64,000 nt of DNA from a bacterium (GTDB taxonomy: Bacteria > UBA8248). This document shows positions 63,281-64,000 of the stretch, one piece after another. Under the pieces are notes generated by a model that saw nothing but the letters and a program-made list of their open reading frames with translations, searched no databases and was not told the DNA's origin. Position 1 is the first letter of the stretch, and each line of letters begins with the position of its first letter. The stretch spans positions 3,008,001-3,072,000 of the forward strand of contig OY843592.1 in NCBI GenBank assembly GCA_963692865.2. The letters are read 5' to 3'. The position numbers were made by a program, and so were the translations under genes.

Positions 63281-64000
63281 ACGGCCTCCAGGGCGCGGTA
63301 CGCCAGCCCCGCGCCGACGGCGGCGGCGGGCGCGAGTGATGCCGCGAGAGCCGAGTCGATCCCCTCGCCCGGCGCTTCGACGCGGCGGAAGGGATCCAGA
63401 ATTTCCACGGGCGCATCGAGCGCCTCCTCCAGACGCTCCGGCAGGCTCTTGAGCTGCGCGCCTCCGCCGGAGAGAATCACCCGCTCGACCTCGGAAGCGG
63501 GCGTTATCCGCCACATCAGCCGGAACGTCTCATCGAGTTCGGCGGCCAGCTTCTCCGCCTCCAGGCGGAAGGCGTCCTCCAGCGCGTCCGGGTCGGCGGC
63601 GGGCGCCTCCCCCCGCTTGACGGCCTCCGCTTCTTCACGGGAAATCGCCAGGCGGTCCGACAGCGACCTCGTCAACGCCTCCCCGCCGAAAGGGATTGCC
63701 CTGGTGATCAGCGTGTGCTCGTCGCACACCACGTTCACCAGCGTCTCGGCCGCGCCGACGTCCACCAGGGCGGCGACCTCCCCCTCCTCGCGCGCTCCCG
63801 AGAGTTCGAAGGCGCTCTCCATCGCCAGGAAGTTCACGTCCACGATCACCGGCTCGCAGCGAACGCGCTTCAGGAAGGCCAGCAGCGCCTCGAGCGGCTC
63901 GCGCCTCACGGCGATCATCAGATACTCGTCCAGCCGCTCGGTTCGTTTTTCCAGTTGGCCGATTTTGATATGAGACAGGCGCGCCTCGTCCAGGGGAAAG
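63277..64000 (-). CDS. pilM: Type IV pilus assembly protein PilM-like (actin fold), 3' part
   Basis: ALVDVGAAET, RAIPFGG, EEAEAVK, ILSGGGA, ILDPF, AVGAGLAYR; pilM genes commonly lie upstream of aroKB. Confidence 0.75.
   Translation of the reverse strand, partial: FPLDEARLSHIKIGQLEKRTERLDEYLMIAVRREPLEALLAFLKRVRCEPVIVDVNFLAMESAFELSGAREEGEVAALVDVGAAETLVNVVCDEHTLITRAIPFGGEALTRSLSDRLAISREEAEAVKRGEAPAADPDALEDAFRLEAEKLAAELDETFRLMWRITPASEVERVILSGGGAQLKSLPERLEEALDAPVEILDPFRRVEAPGEGIDSALAASLAPAAAVGAGLAYRALEAV

Overview
High-GC bacterial chromosome segment. Gene order and content suggest a Gram-negative Nitrospinota/deltaproteobacteria-like lineage, possibly host-associated; this is inference only. Bases 1-41.8 kb are a tightly packed housekeeping block: sulfatase 5' end, B12-binding radical SAM, rng, cpoB, dprA-topA-trmFO-xerC-hslVU-argBDFG, secFD-yajC-tgt-mlaF-alr-dnaB-rplI-rpsR-ssb-rpsF, hppA, pth-rplY-prs-ispE-LolB-like-TPR-dciA-plsC, and PMM/PGM-yqaA-manC-uppP. 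Bases 41.8-64 kb carry NIPSNAP, livKHMGF, a 2.2-kaa autotransporter-like adhesin with 11 Fn3 domains, efp, an Xaa-Pro peptidase, aroQ, aroB and pilM. Most large intergenic gaps in this right-hand part are nested mosaics of non-coding palindromic elements. Two things stand out. (1) A layered non-autonomous mobile system: about 23 IS-like ends (GGGGYTGTTGAAAAA / TTTTTCAACARCCCC) bracket cargo made of GTAG- and CGTC-type REP hairpins and often sit in the loop of a third palindrome. Two copies of one MITE have the inner GTAG...CTAC cassette in opposite orientations, and a 555-bp unit is tandemly duplicated starting exactly at GTAG. No transposase is in the window. (2) A perfect (TGGAGAC)x15 tract lies between a perfect Shine-Dalgarno/ATG and the signal peptide of the adhesin. 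It currently puts that ATG out of frame, which predicts a phase-variation switch. No rRNA, tRNA or CRISPR array was seen.
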